Positions 18,190-30,138 of a stretch of 64,000 bases of DNA are shown here, piece by piece. How positions within the stretch are numbered: position 1 is the stretch's first letter; each line of letters begins with the position of its first letter. Origin of the DNA: Trichoplax adhaerens. Taxonomy: Eukaryota; Animalia; Placozoa. The position numbers and the translations under genes are program-made. The notes below the pieces were generated by a model. The model searched no databases, was not told the origin of the DNA, and saw only the letters and a program-made list of their open reading frames with translations. Location of the stretch: NCBI RefSeq assembly GCF_000150275.1, contig NW_002060963.1, forward strand, positions 205,669 through 269,668, in the 5' to 3' direction.

Positions 18190-18378
18190 GACCCTAAAGG
18201 TATCGGGCCGAACCGAGCCGAACTCAGGTCTAGTTACAGACTTACAGTACAGTACAGTACTGTACAGTATCTGGGCCACCGTACAGTACAGTACAGTACG
18301 GTACGGTACTGTGTTGTACTGTACTGTAATGTACCGTAACTAAATCTGAGTTCGGTTCGGTTCAATACCTTTATGGTC
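18190..18378. mobile_element. Foldback/MITE-like element 2 (different ~65-bp arms, same core as element 1)
   Basis: Left arm gaccctaaaggtatcgggccgaaccgagccgaactcaggtctagttac; right-arm reverse complement gaccataaaggtattgaaccgaaccgaactcagatttagttac. Confidence 0.6.
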
Positions 18379-18468
18379 TATCAGTATAGTCTGTATTGAC
18401 TCTGTAAACATTCTTTCTGGACAGTACCAACTGATACACTACAGTACAATCCAGCACTCAGTAAAGGA

Positions 18469-18474
18469 TATAAA
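18469..18474 (+). promoter_or_regulatory. Candidate TATA box of the thyroglobulin-domain gene
   Basis: TATAAA about 140 nt upstream of a ccaccATG start, with Inr-like TCAGT/TCAAT 20-30 nt downstream. Confidence 0.35.
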
Positions 18475-18606
18475 GGCGAGGCGATTCTTCAGTATGTGTC
18501 AATACGTTCGAGGTCTTGAACAGTTTTTGAGATTGATTTTTTTTTGGCTGTCGCAAGATTGTTGATTTTTTCTTCTCCATTCCTATTCCCTGCTAAATAG
18601 TCCACC

Positions 18607-20730
18607 ATGAAATTGACATTGGCTATTATCGCTATCATCTTTTGCATTGGAACAGTTTCAGCTGGTATGTGTATTCTTTGTGCTGTTGGATGAGTTTGAA
18701 ATAGGACAGGAGAAAGTTGTTTATCATTAGGAATAGTGTACATACAGTAGGATACAGGACAGCAGGTTGGGTTGCGTTAGCTTTTTCAGTATGGATATGC
18801 ATGTTGTTGGTGTCAGCGATTTCCTAAATTATCCAAAGTTGGACGTAGAATCGTTTTGAAGACGAACTGGTTAGCATCAAAAGTAGTGCCAAGTAGTGCG
18901 CCATCAATGCAAATCAACTCTTTTGTTGTTAGACGTAGTTTATCTTCCGACGTTACTGATCATGATCGACGAATAATGATAAATTCATGTAAAAGGCATC
19001 GGTTGAATATCTCTTATGATGAAAAATTGTCTTCTTTTTACAAGATGAGTGTATAGGATTAAGTCAGCAGTAATTGCCATTCTATTGCCTATATTAGTCA
19101 ATGTACAATCCTGAACCGGCCTAATGGACAAATATCAGTCAAGAATAAGAGACTTTCTGTAGTTCAAATCTCAATAATAATAACGTACGGTTTAATGAGT
19201 CTGGAAGTAAGTCATACGGTAAACTGTACTGTCCTCAACAACTGCTGCAACCACACCGGTCATAATATTGGTTATTTTCTTTCTAATGCAACTGTAATAT
19301 CTGCTATGACAGTATTAGGATCATTGCTTCAACAGTAATATCCAACTATTAGTTTTGTAAAATTTCAAGCACTTGACTGGGCACTAAACTTTTGATTTAT
19401 GGATTGCCATGTTTGTCGGTCTAATGTCTGATGAAAGTGGAATAGCTTGTGCGCTTATTCGCCTACAGTATCAGCAATGCAAGATTAGGTCATAGGTCGT
19501 CATAGCTTGTGATCATTACTCAACATTAATCAATACCTTTACACATTGTCTTCTTTAGCATGATATTGTTGTTGTAAGAAAATAATATTTTCTTAGAATA
19601 GAAAAAGTTGAACTCTGATTTCAATGCCTGAATACTGTTTATTTATGACTGGGTAAAATTTTAGTGAAGTTGCCTCCATGCTGGGCTTATTTACAAGAAC
19701 ATGCTTCTATTTTGGAACATGGTGAACCTCATATGGTTGGTGGCTATACGCCTCAATGTGATGAAGAAGGTTACTACAAATTGATGCAATGCAGTGGAAG
19801 CACTGGATATTGTAAGTGGTATATGGATGCTATAATTTTGCTTAAGGAAATATAGTAGAATTAGCCTTGCAAAAGCATTTGACTTTAGTGATTGGCTAGT
19901 AATTCTCAGATTAATGATGTCAAAACATCAGTGTACTGTATTACGATCGCAAAAATAGAATGGGCATATGTACTGCCATTGCAATTATTCTAAGGGAATA
20001 AAACTATTCCAAGTGATTTAACTAGTAGGACGACAATAAAGTCAAAATACCAATAATGTACATATTGTACCTAACAATGTAGTGCGGCACGGTATCTCGA
20101 CTATACATAGAATCTTCATCTGCTTGCAATATGTGTTATCAATAATTTTACTCTTTACAGGCTGGTGCACAACACCTATTGGTTTGAAAGTACCAGAAAC
20201 TGATCGTCGACCAGGCCATGCAAATGGATTAGATTGTAAGTTCTTATGCGACATGGGTACAGTGTTAATAAGACTACTTCTTATATGTATATATATACTT
20301 GTATTTTTAATTTGATCGTATACAGTCAGCATATAGGAATCGGATATATAGCATTTAGAAGTACTGTAGATTCTTACTCGATTCTTTTTATATCTTTCAC
20401 TGTTACTTATAATTTCAGTATGTATATATAATATATATTTATAGTCGGTAAGTACGCATTGTGAATATACAAGTATTATTTTCAAGTAGCCACGATGATA
20501 TGACGTAGCTGTTTATCGCATCAGCTGAATAGATAGCTTAAATCGCTTTGAATTGTAGTAGTATCCTTACTGCTTAGTTCATGCGCTATGGAACGTTAGC
20601 CTTGGATAATTGATGGGCCCATATCGTTTTTAGATATGGAATATAATTGGATTTACTAAGTTATGCTACTCTTGTCTGTTGAATTCATCTAGGCAAAGCC
20701 GAAGTTGCAAAGTATGCTAATAGTTCATAA
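18607..20730 (+). CDS. Small secreted single thyroglobulin type-1 domain protein (thyropin-like), 105 aa; exons 18607-18664, 19665-19811, 20161-20235, 20693-20730
   Basis: MKLTLAIIAIIFCIGTVSA (signal peptide) + VKLPPCWAYL...YTPQCDEEGYYKLMQCSGSTGYCWCTTPIGLKVPET...LDCKAEVAKYANSS*. Six-Cys Tg1 pattern with PQCD..G.Y...QC....GYCWC. All introns are phase-1 GT-AG. The last exon is the least certain. Confidence 0.85.
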
Positions 20731-22765
20731 TGGTAGTCCATGAGAGACATACGGACGGTATCAAAAAAATTATCAAAATTGCAACAGTAGTAATAATACG
20801 TATAGATTCTGCAATAGATAAAATAATTATACACGTATAAAGGATAATTGTTTTTCGTCCAATAATCAATCATGATTCTACCGTTTTTCCCCATTAATAT
20901 TGTAATTTATATAACTTTAGATGAAAATGAATTCTATTAGACATTATGATCCGAACGCTGTTTTCTTTAAACCGTGGTTAATAACACTCTTCAATTAATT
21001 TAAGTCAACATCGATTTTAACAAGCAATTAATATTACCATATAATTTACAGTACTTTTTTGTCGTTCGTTCGAATAATAGACTAATAATAATTTTAGATC
21101 CAGGCATTTTATAAACAGTAATAAAAATAGGCTTAGAACATTCATAATGGTTTACCATATAACGTTTATACTAGCAATGTGCAATCCTTCTTAAAATGGT
21201 CCGGTCTTTCAAATTAACTGTAATTCGTTGGGCTAATGTGATGACTATTATTTTTTGAATGGTACTGCAATGGCGCAAAGGGGTATACCTTGTTGAGTAT
21301 AAGGCAAGAAATTCTAGATGCACCTATATTTCTAGAAGTCCGTGTATAATGGTACGAATATACCGTGTCGTATATGCGCGATGAAAATAAAACTGGTTAA
21401 TGACAATTACTGTAAATAATTATAATAGCGATATAAATAAATAGATTTATCACCCGTGATTGAGTTTCATAACAGGGCGAGAGTATTACAATTATGGTAT
21501 CGCATACACGCATACTGCGCTACTTATGAACGGGTAGTGTAACCCCAAATTTAAAAAACTTTTGATAATAATAGTACAGTCGCTCTTTATCAAGCATCTA
21601 GAACTTACAAGTTTAGCATTTCCATTTGCCGTTTTCATCGTTGTTTAAAATCTGTTCTCAACGAGCATAGCATAATTAATCTACGGTTAAGCCTAAGATA
21701 GTCATAAATATTGCCCAAGAATGAATAAAATTGAAATATCGTAGTATCAAGTAATTGAAGAGCGACTGAATTATACTGGATTATCAATCTGAATGTCAAT
21801 GGGTTTAGTATTTCTTCACATCATGGATTTTAATTAATAAAAGCTTTCTTTCCATGAAGACTGCTTTGATTTATATCAAGGACTGTACGTATCATCAATT
21901 AGTGTAGCAAAAAAATGAAAGATGATAACACTTACGTAAGTTTGTTATATTCTACAGTTTCTGACATGAAATGCTTTACGGTTGACCGACTTTCTAGAAT
22001 ATATTTCTGGTAAGGATATAATTACGTCACATAAAATTAATTTTTTTTTACATCACTTTATGGCCGTCGCGATGACATCACGTAACACATAGTAAACTAT
22101 ACAATTTTTAAGGCACAAAAATACGTTGCATGTAGTACTCCTGCGATTTCATTATTAAAAACTTTCAAACATAAGGCTAGAGTTTACAGTGCTTTAAATT
22201 ACTGAAAACTGGAAACTCATGATACGCATTACCAAGGTAGCTGGCAGTTATGTATATGTCATACATATTACCTAAAAATAGTCAATACGTTATATCTGAA
22301 ATACTGACTGAGCTCTTGGGTGCTACAGCAAATAACTAGAGTACTCTATATGATCAGTTGGCGCTCGATTACTGAATGATGCTTGAAACTAGAAATGTAC
22401 CGTTGTGCCATCTTTACCGCGTATACTGAAAATATTATTCTTCGCTATTTTCAACGTATCGGTGACTGTGACTTGATGGATTCATGGGCATCCACGACTC
22501 ATTCATGGCTAATACCATAGACCAACATCGCAGTAATTACTACCAAAGTTAATACTTTATTTAAAGTTTCAGATATCTTAAGACAGGGTACACAGCTGTA
22601 GATAAATTATCAATTAATTACTTTTCAGGTGTTTAATTGTATTGTACAGCGGAGGAAATGCAACTGAAATATTTCTTACAAGTAGTAGGTTGTTAAAGTA
22701 AACGTATATCCAAAACAGGCGTTCTTTATTTAAAGTCGAGATAAAGTTCTTAAGGTTAAAAGCAA

Positions 22766-25700
22766 CTATTTGACATTAACTATTCCCATTTTCTTTGCTT
22801 CTGTTTCATAAATCAGTAATCTCCATAATTTCATAACAAAAACTTCAGCTTCATCGTCGAGAACCTATGGTACAACAGAATTAGGTCATTGGAATACTGC
22901 ATATATCATTTTGTTCTTCACATCATATTTTACCATTTCTAGATCTTTAACAATGGAAACCGGAGAGTTGTGCTCTTTAACCTGTATCGGTAACATTATG
23001 CTAATTAATACTTACAATAACATCAAACTAAGTATCAAAATTTTATTTCTAAATGTCAGTTGAATATTTGTCGTGCAAAACTTCACCTTCTCGCAAATGA
23101 AATCAACTAGGGTTGGCTCTTCTTCACCGATGTATTCGGTTATCTTTTTAATTACCCATGTTCTCATTCGCTTCTCTATTAGCGACTAAATTTTGCAAAT
23201 ATCTTAGCTAGATCAACTATGCACGAGAATACAACTTTAAGTTTGCAAATATTTATACCTCATCTACTAAAGACCAGTTTAATGGGTAGTCGAAAAGTTT
23301 TTCTTTATCGGACGGAATACTTTCCATAATTGCTTTAATTCTTCTCTTCTTTTCATCAGGAGTCATAACAACTGGTGTAATAGCCTTCATTTCTTCTTCG
23401 GTGTACTCGAGAGGTACTAACTTTCGTTTCCGAGATTTCTCGTTTGCAACGCTTTCGTCGTCTTCGTTATTAAATACAGATTCGAACTTCGACTTTTTAG
23501 TATTTGGTGCAGGATTTTGTTGTTTCGCAGTTGATAATCCTATTTTCATGTTAAGTCCGAAGCCACTTTTTTTATTTTCTTCAGATGCTGATAGCTGAGC
23601 ATTCTCATCTTCGTCACGAGGTCTCTTTTTAGTATTATCAACCGGTGCATCTTGAATTTCCTATATTACGTTATGTTAAATCATCTTTCAGTTAAAAATT
23701 AATATGAGGGAAAGCTTTCGATTGTTCTATTGCACATAATTGACTACATTAATAAATGCATACCGCGAACTGTACCCTTAAGGTTGTTGTTACCTTAATA
23801 ATCGGTTGAGATGAACTGGTCGTATCTACGGGAGGCTCTTTTGAAGTGATAGTTTCATTTGTGACCTAACGATTATGTTTTATTTGTAAGTGCTTTAAAC
23901 AACCATCTTAAAGTGACATTTATTCTATATTTTTCAACGGACTACACAATCGTAATGAAATGGTATTGATTAATTTCTGTATCGTAGAAAATTGATGCTG
24001 CCAGCGAATTTTCATTTGTAGCCATTGACAATTGCTACAGTGTATTATCGATACGCGTATGTACGTTGTATACAACTTACCGGCTTTTCATCAGGTTCAG
24101 CAGGTGGTGAACAGTTTGCTCGTTTTCGTTCGGATTTTCTTTCTAATTCCTCTAATTCACGTTGTCTATCGCGTTCATCAGAAGCTATTTCCGCTTCTCT
24201 GTCGCGTAAGCGACGAGTAAATGCCGATCCCCTAAACATTATACATGGTAGAATAAATATATCATTATCATAATTTTAACAACGATATTTTCATGGTTTC
24301 CTAAAAATTACTTATAATAACGGTGATCATCTTCGTCGTCATCGTATTTAGCTAAAAAATCGAGTAAATGCCGAATCTCTCTCTCCTATGTTCAATTTAA
24401 AAATAAAAGATTTTACATTAGGTCATCAAAGGTAACCAAATTTAGACTTCATAAGTGGGATTATACAGTAAGTATATAGCATACCGTCTCTTTCTTTAAT
24501 TTTGAATCGCGTTCAGCACTTTTTTCGTATTCGCGTAATTTTTTTCTTTCTCTGGATTCCCACGATCTGAGTTCCTACAAAATTGTACATCCAAAGATCG
24601 ATAAGTAATTATCATTCTAAAAGAGGAATGTAAAAAATATTCGCAATCAATAACTTACGCTTTTGTACATTGACTCTCGTTCTCGAAGTTTCCTATCTAA
24701 TCGTCGCTTTTCTATGATTTTATTTTCATCCATTTCTTGATCAGCGGACGGTTCTCGGCTTCTAATATCACGTTCTATCCTTCTATCGGTTTCTTGTGAT
24801 ACTTCCTTTTCTTTCCGATCACTTTCTTTTTCCTTTTCTTTGTCACTTTTCTTATCCTATTAAGTTGGGATATCATATGCAATAGCGTCATATAAAATCA
24901 TGGCAATTGGGTTTACACTTTTTAAAGACCATTAAGTGACCTTATATGTTTCTCTAAAAATTCGTATTTCACGGCTAATTAAGTTCTTTTGATCCGCATC
25001 CATTTCTAAGTCCTCTAAATTTTCCTGAAATGCAAATGAAAATAAAAAATTATTATCCAACGTTATAGCGACACATGAATTATTATGATCAAATGTCTTC
25101 ATAGCATACTTCAGAGCGTGCTAACTTAATATTCATCATGGATGAGGGTTTAGGAGACTCTACAATAGCAAAAACATTTATATATCTTACGCCTTTAAAA
25201 TTTGTAATGATACATTTATAATCATCAATGTTGCTCAGAAGTACCTTTTATGAATTCGTTTTGTAATTTACCAGCTAAAACATTCCAGTTAGCTTTCAAA
25301 AACATGTCAATCTCCGCTTTGACAGAGATGTCTTCCTCCTAGTATAGAATATGAAACCGTTAGTATACTGAAAATGTTGTTAAACGGGATGATATTGCAT
25401 CTGAACCTCCTGATCGGGCGATAGATCAGCTGACTCAATATCCATAACAGTATCAGAATTATTTTCCGCTCTCCTTCTAGCGAGATATTCATCTAGTCGT
25501 TTTCTATTTTTTTCGTCTACCTTAATCTGTAAGAAAGTATCAGTTAGGTTCATAAGAAACTGAAAGTCAATTATATCGCGTACACTGGGTTAGAGGAACA
25601 TAGAAAGCATTACCAGTAATTCTTTCTCGCCAACTTGCAAACCATGCAATAAACGTAATGCTCTTAATGTGGCCTCAGGATCAGCGTATTCACAAAATCC

Positions 25701-28443
25701 GAAAGCTGTGCAATAAGTAATGATGGTGGATCTGTTAAAATGACCTCGATGCATTGTAGCTAAGGTCAATCTACATACGAAAGATAAAACTTACGTTGTA
25801 ATTTTCCAGTTGCTCCTTGAATTCTTTTCCAGCTAACTACGGTACCACATTTCTATTTCGCATCAAGATGTATAAAAATCATTAACGGATATTATTCGGA
25901 GTCATTAGATCACAGCGACTTTTAATTTCGACAGCAATTGGACATAAAACTATTATTTATGCCATTTCATTCCATTTACTATTATTAAAATCTACATCTA
26001 TACTACTGTAATATATAAGCCTTAGCCATAGTTTTGATAGTTAATGCAAATGTGACTTTGAAATATATAGCGATAAACGTTACATATGATACATACCATT
26101 AGTAACTGCCTAATAAATGTATCAGTCGCTACTTCAGTGATGTTTCCAACAAAGACAGTTGTAGTTTTAGGCTTCTCCGTAGTTTCCTAAGCCAACGTTA
26201 ATGACATCACTTTTTAGTACGTAAATTAGACTTTACAGTATAGTAAATGCAATACTGTGCAAATATGCAGCAGATATATATATATATAGCGAAATAATCA
26301 ACAGTAAAAGATCTTTAAAGCAGTATACCTTCAAGGCAGCAGTCAAACACTTACATGCGTTGACATCTATAATGTGGAAAAATTATGCCTTAAAATAGTT
26401 ACGTAATTTACCTGTTGACGTTGTGTAGCAGGTTTAGTAGCCGGTTGTGCAATAGTTGTAGTCGTAGGTAGCGGGGCTGGTGGCATAGTGGAATTAGCAA
26501 TCGGTGGTATACTCTACAGAATATGTAAAATGATGTCGAATCGATATAAGTAAACCGTAGAACAATTACTGTTACAAGTGGCCAGCTAATTCTGTTAGTA
26601 TTTATGGTATTGAACAAAGTATCATCTCTAAATTAATTCTTGGATATCATGTATTCAATCTATCAAGTAATTGTTAAGTTATAAGCAATATTATCAAGAT
26701 TATTCAAATTGGTAACCAGGAAGCCGATGAAAAGTTACTTACTTGCATCATATGAGGTGGTACTCCGACCCCAGGAGGAACCGGTGGCATAACCGCAGGA
26801 GCACCTCGCAATGCAGCTGCTATCAGGTTAATAAAGAGAGGTTGATTTAAAAGTTCGTGTTATTTAGAAAATTTAGGTACTACTGGTTTATTTTAGCAAC
26901 ATTTGGAGTAAGTTCTATAATCGTGTTACTAAGCCAATCATCTCCATTGAATATTATCATAGACTATTTCAGAGTACAGACAGGGCAAATTAGCTATCAA
27001 TACAGGTGATAATACAGTACATAGTGTCTACTGTAAATATTTCAATCACAAACGCGGAGAAAACTACCAAGAGAACGCTTATAGTTATTATTTGTGCTTT
27101 TCTACATTGAAATTATTTCCAGTTATGTTAATTATGAGAACATGTAGAATCTTAACGCAATGAAACGAATTGAGATAGCTGGCTGACAAAGTAGAAAGGG
27201 CATAATCGATCCAATGCAGTTTGTCAAGTATGGTAGCAAATAGTTGCGAAATGCCTTCGTACGAATAGTTTTTCTTGACGGTAACGATCTAGCGATCGAT
27301 TTCAAGATCGTCAATGAGATTATCATTCTCTAGACGCGATCATTGTAACGATAGGAAAATGTTTGATGCTGACATTTTAAAAAGTAAGATTACGAATTGA
27401 ACTTGAATTGATGCCGATCATGTCTGTGCCAACGACTGGTATAGAGCTTGATTGCAGATTAAGTGGCACAGTAAGTTTTTTTTGATACAAGATAATAGTA
27501 CGATAGCAGCCAGGAGACTGTTGTACCATGGACTACCAGAAATGACTACGTAATCATTTCCAGTAGTCTATGGTTGTACGTTGCCTGTTTCCATGATGAG
27601 CCTTGAAGAATAGAGTTTATTTCCTTGCACTATTCTATCGGAATCGACGTTTTCTGTCTGAAGAGAATGATGACAGTGCTATATGTTGCAGTCGATGGGA
27701 TGAATTCAAGATAGATGGGATAAAATATGACTTTGGTTGTAGTATTTCACCAGTCGAAGGGAGTTGAGTAACAAACGATGACAACAACAACCCATCATGC
27801 AAGTAATTTGTGGAGCAAAGGCATTTACGAAAGAATATTAAGAAATGTATCAAAGTCCAGACTATCTATCTCCAACTACAAACAAGGGTATCCATGCGTA
27901 CTATCCTATACATCTATCGATCACGGAGTAATTGATTGACAGAGATATTTAATTATGATGGAAGGACATTTATGCGATTACTTTGGCCTTAGCTAACTAG
28001 AGTCTACTGTCTGTGTATATCAATCTAGCATAAGAGAGAGAGAGAGAGAGAGTGGAGGTGATACACCTTAACTACCCTATCAGTACATCGAGTTGATACA
28101 TTTGCCTGTTACTAAGAACCATTTGATGATAGTAAGCCATTGAAAAATAACAATTGCAAATCAAGTTGAACGATTAGGATGGACAACACGACAAGAATTG
28201 TCACTGAACTATGCCATCTTGGCTATGTTAACATGAGTGTAATTGAGCAATATGATCGATGACATAGAATAGACGACATCACTAACCATTGGGCGGCATT
28301 GGAGGCCTAGCAAACGGATTGAATGTCGGCATCGTCACTGGCATTCTAGCCATTGGTGGTGGTACACCAGCCATGGTGACTGGGGTCGCCGGTACATTGG
28401 ATGTGGTAGGTGCATGGACTGGCCTGTGTTGAAAATTCGACAT
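22766..28443 (-). CDS. RBM25: RNA-binding protein 25 (Pro-rich N-terminus, RRM, RE/RD-rich region, PWI domain); multi-exon
   Basis: Exon 1 at 28287-28443, then 26743-26819 and 26412-26513. RRM: TTVFVGNITEVATDTFIRQLLM|KCGTVVSWKRIQGATGKLQ|..FGFCEYADPEATLRALRLLHGLQVGEK. PWI: WVIKKITEYIGEEEPTLVDFICEK...VLDDEAEVFVMKLWRLLIYETEAKK. Confidence 0.95.
28033..28052. repeat. (AG)n microsatellite
   Basis: Seen directly in RBM25 intron 1. Confidence 0.85.
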
Positions 28444-28758
28444 TACTTTAACAGAGCGTTCCTTTAACTAGCTTCGTTGCAAGATTGAAATCGGTTTGGA
28501 AGACTTGTAGTCTACCATAAGCACCGTTTCAGTTGGATGGCAAGCAGTTTCTTCAATGGCAGTTTGTCCGCGTTTTTATGCAAACTTGTGTGGAACCCGC
28601 AGTCACTACTGTAGCCAGTAGGTGCTTGACGGAAGTGGCACACCACGACAGTCACTAGCCTACAGTAGCCAGTAGTGTACGGCGTGTTGTATAGTCGTTG
28701 AGCTAGACGACCTTTCCTGCGCTCACTGACTGCGCAGTACCAGTTTCTTTCATAGCGC

Positions 28759-29325
28759 GTAAGGTCTTCTTTTAATCAGTCTCTCCTACCGTCTGTGCCT
28801 AGCGTACTGGTACAGGCAACTGGTACCGCACTGGTACTGGGAACTGGTACCGTATGAGTACCCATTTTATGCAGCTTTTGGACGGTCCTGATTCAATGTA
28901 AGGTCTTCTTTTAGTCAGTCTCTCCTACCGTCTGTGCCTAGCGTACTGGTCCAGGCAACTGGTACCGCACTGGTACTGGGAACTGGTACCGTACCAGTAC
29001 CCATTTTATGCAGCTTTTGGACGGTCCTGATTCAATGTAAGGTCTTCTTTCAGTCAGTCTCTCCTACCGTCTGTGCCTAGCGTACTGGTACTGGCAACTG
29101 GTACCGTACCAGTACCCATTTTATGCAGCTTTTGGTCGGTCCTGATTCGATGTAAGCCTGTAAGGTCTTCTTTTAGTCAGTTTCTCCTACCGTCTGTGCC
29201 TAGCGTACTGGTACAGGCAACTGGTACCGTACTGGTACTGGGAATTGGTACCGTACCAGTCAGTACTCGCAACTGGCACCGCACCAGTACCCATTTTATG
29301 CAGCTTTTGGACGGTCCTGATTCGA
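28759..29325. repeat. Four-copy ~139-bp tandem array upstream of RBM25, built on ACTGGTAC sub-repeats
   Basis: Units begin gtaaggtcttctttt at 28759, 28898, 29037 and 29160. They are near-identical and differ mainly in the number of internal actggtac modules. Confidence 0.95.
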
Positions 29326-30097
29326 CCTCTGTTGTTACAGACCGAAACTGACCGGACGGAACGCAACGGTGCATATATATAGTACAGTATATACCTTAGC
29401 ACCTTACACACTTCCGATAGTGTACCGTACATCGGAAAATGTCCAGTAAAAGCAAACAAAAAATCCCAACAGTGCCGGTCCATTTCACTCTTGGACCTCA
29501 ACATCGTCTGAAGCGCAGTCGAGTGACTCCACTACACTTCACACGGTAGGCGTCGCTATACATCACTGTTTCTGCCCATAGCGTGTCCTTATTGAGAGCC
29601 AACAGCGTACAGTATGGCACGAGGGAGAGCCATGTGCTGTTCAATCAGTCATGCATGTTGCTGGATTGGGGAGTCAAGGGTTTCAATAATAACTCAGCAA
29701 GTTCTCTAAAGTGATATATAGCAAACCCTCTTCGACATAGGTAGTAAGAATTAGAATAAGCTTCTAAATCTTCAATCAGTTCACTGTGATATCGTCTTTG
29801 AACCATGATTGATACTTGGACTCCCTTTACGTTATCATAAGGCCAAAGGGTAGAAGAAATCACTTCTATTCAGTAGTATCAAAGAATACGCTACAATAGT
29901 ACCCGATATCAATATCACCAATCTACTGTATTTGTGTCACATACTACTGTACTGTACTGTACTATGAGGGTGATCGGAAAGGTTTTCTCCTTGGCCTATC
30001 CATTTTTTTGTATCCTTTCCTTGAATAGATAGAGTTCAGAAAACATAAAAGAAATGCATCGTCTGCGGCTATCTAGAATTAGCTGGGGAAAGTAACG

Positions 30098-30138
30098 ATA
30101 AATAAATAAATAAATAAATAGAGAAAGAAAGAAAGAAA
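30098..30138. repeat. (TAAA)n(GAAA)n compound microsatellite
   Basis: Seen directly. Confidence 0.8.

Noticed and set aside
20042-20485. 147-aa minus-strand ORF and overlapping ORFs
   Set aside because: They are antisense or intronic to the Tg1 gene; only 20161-20235 on the plus strand is coding.
20561-20570. U12-like donor GTATCCTTAC (also ATATCCTTTC at 39171 and branch-like TCCTTAAC near 43576)
   Set aside because: None sits at an exon boundary required by a reading frame, and none has a matching partner signal. Such matches are expected by chance in AT-rich DNA.
28759-29504. 139-bp array as a CRISPR array, and its ORFs as proteins
   Set aside because: Whole units are repeated with no unique spacers, no cas genes are present, and the context is eukaryotic. 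The ORFs simply translate the repeat.
29645-30000. Mariner-like end (tatgagggtgatcggaaag) and the 72-aa ORF as a transposon
   Set aside because: No correctly oriented partner TIR and no recognisable transposase motif.
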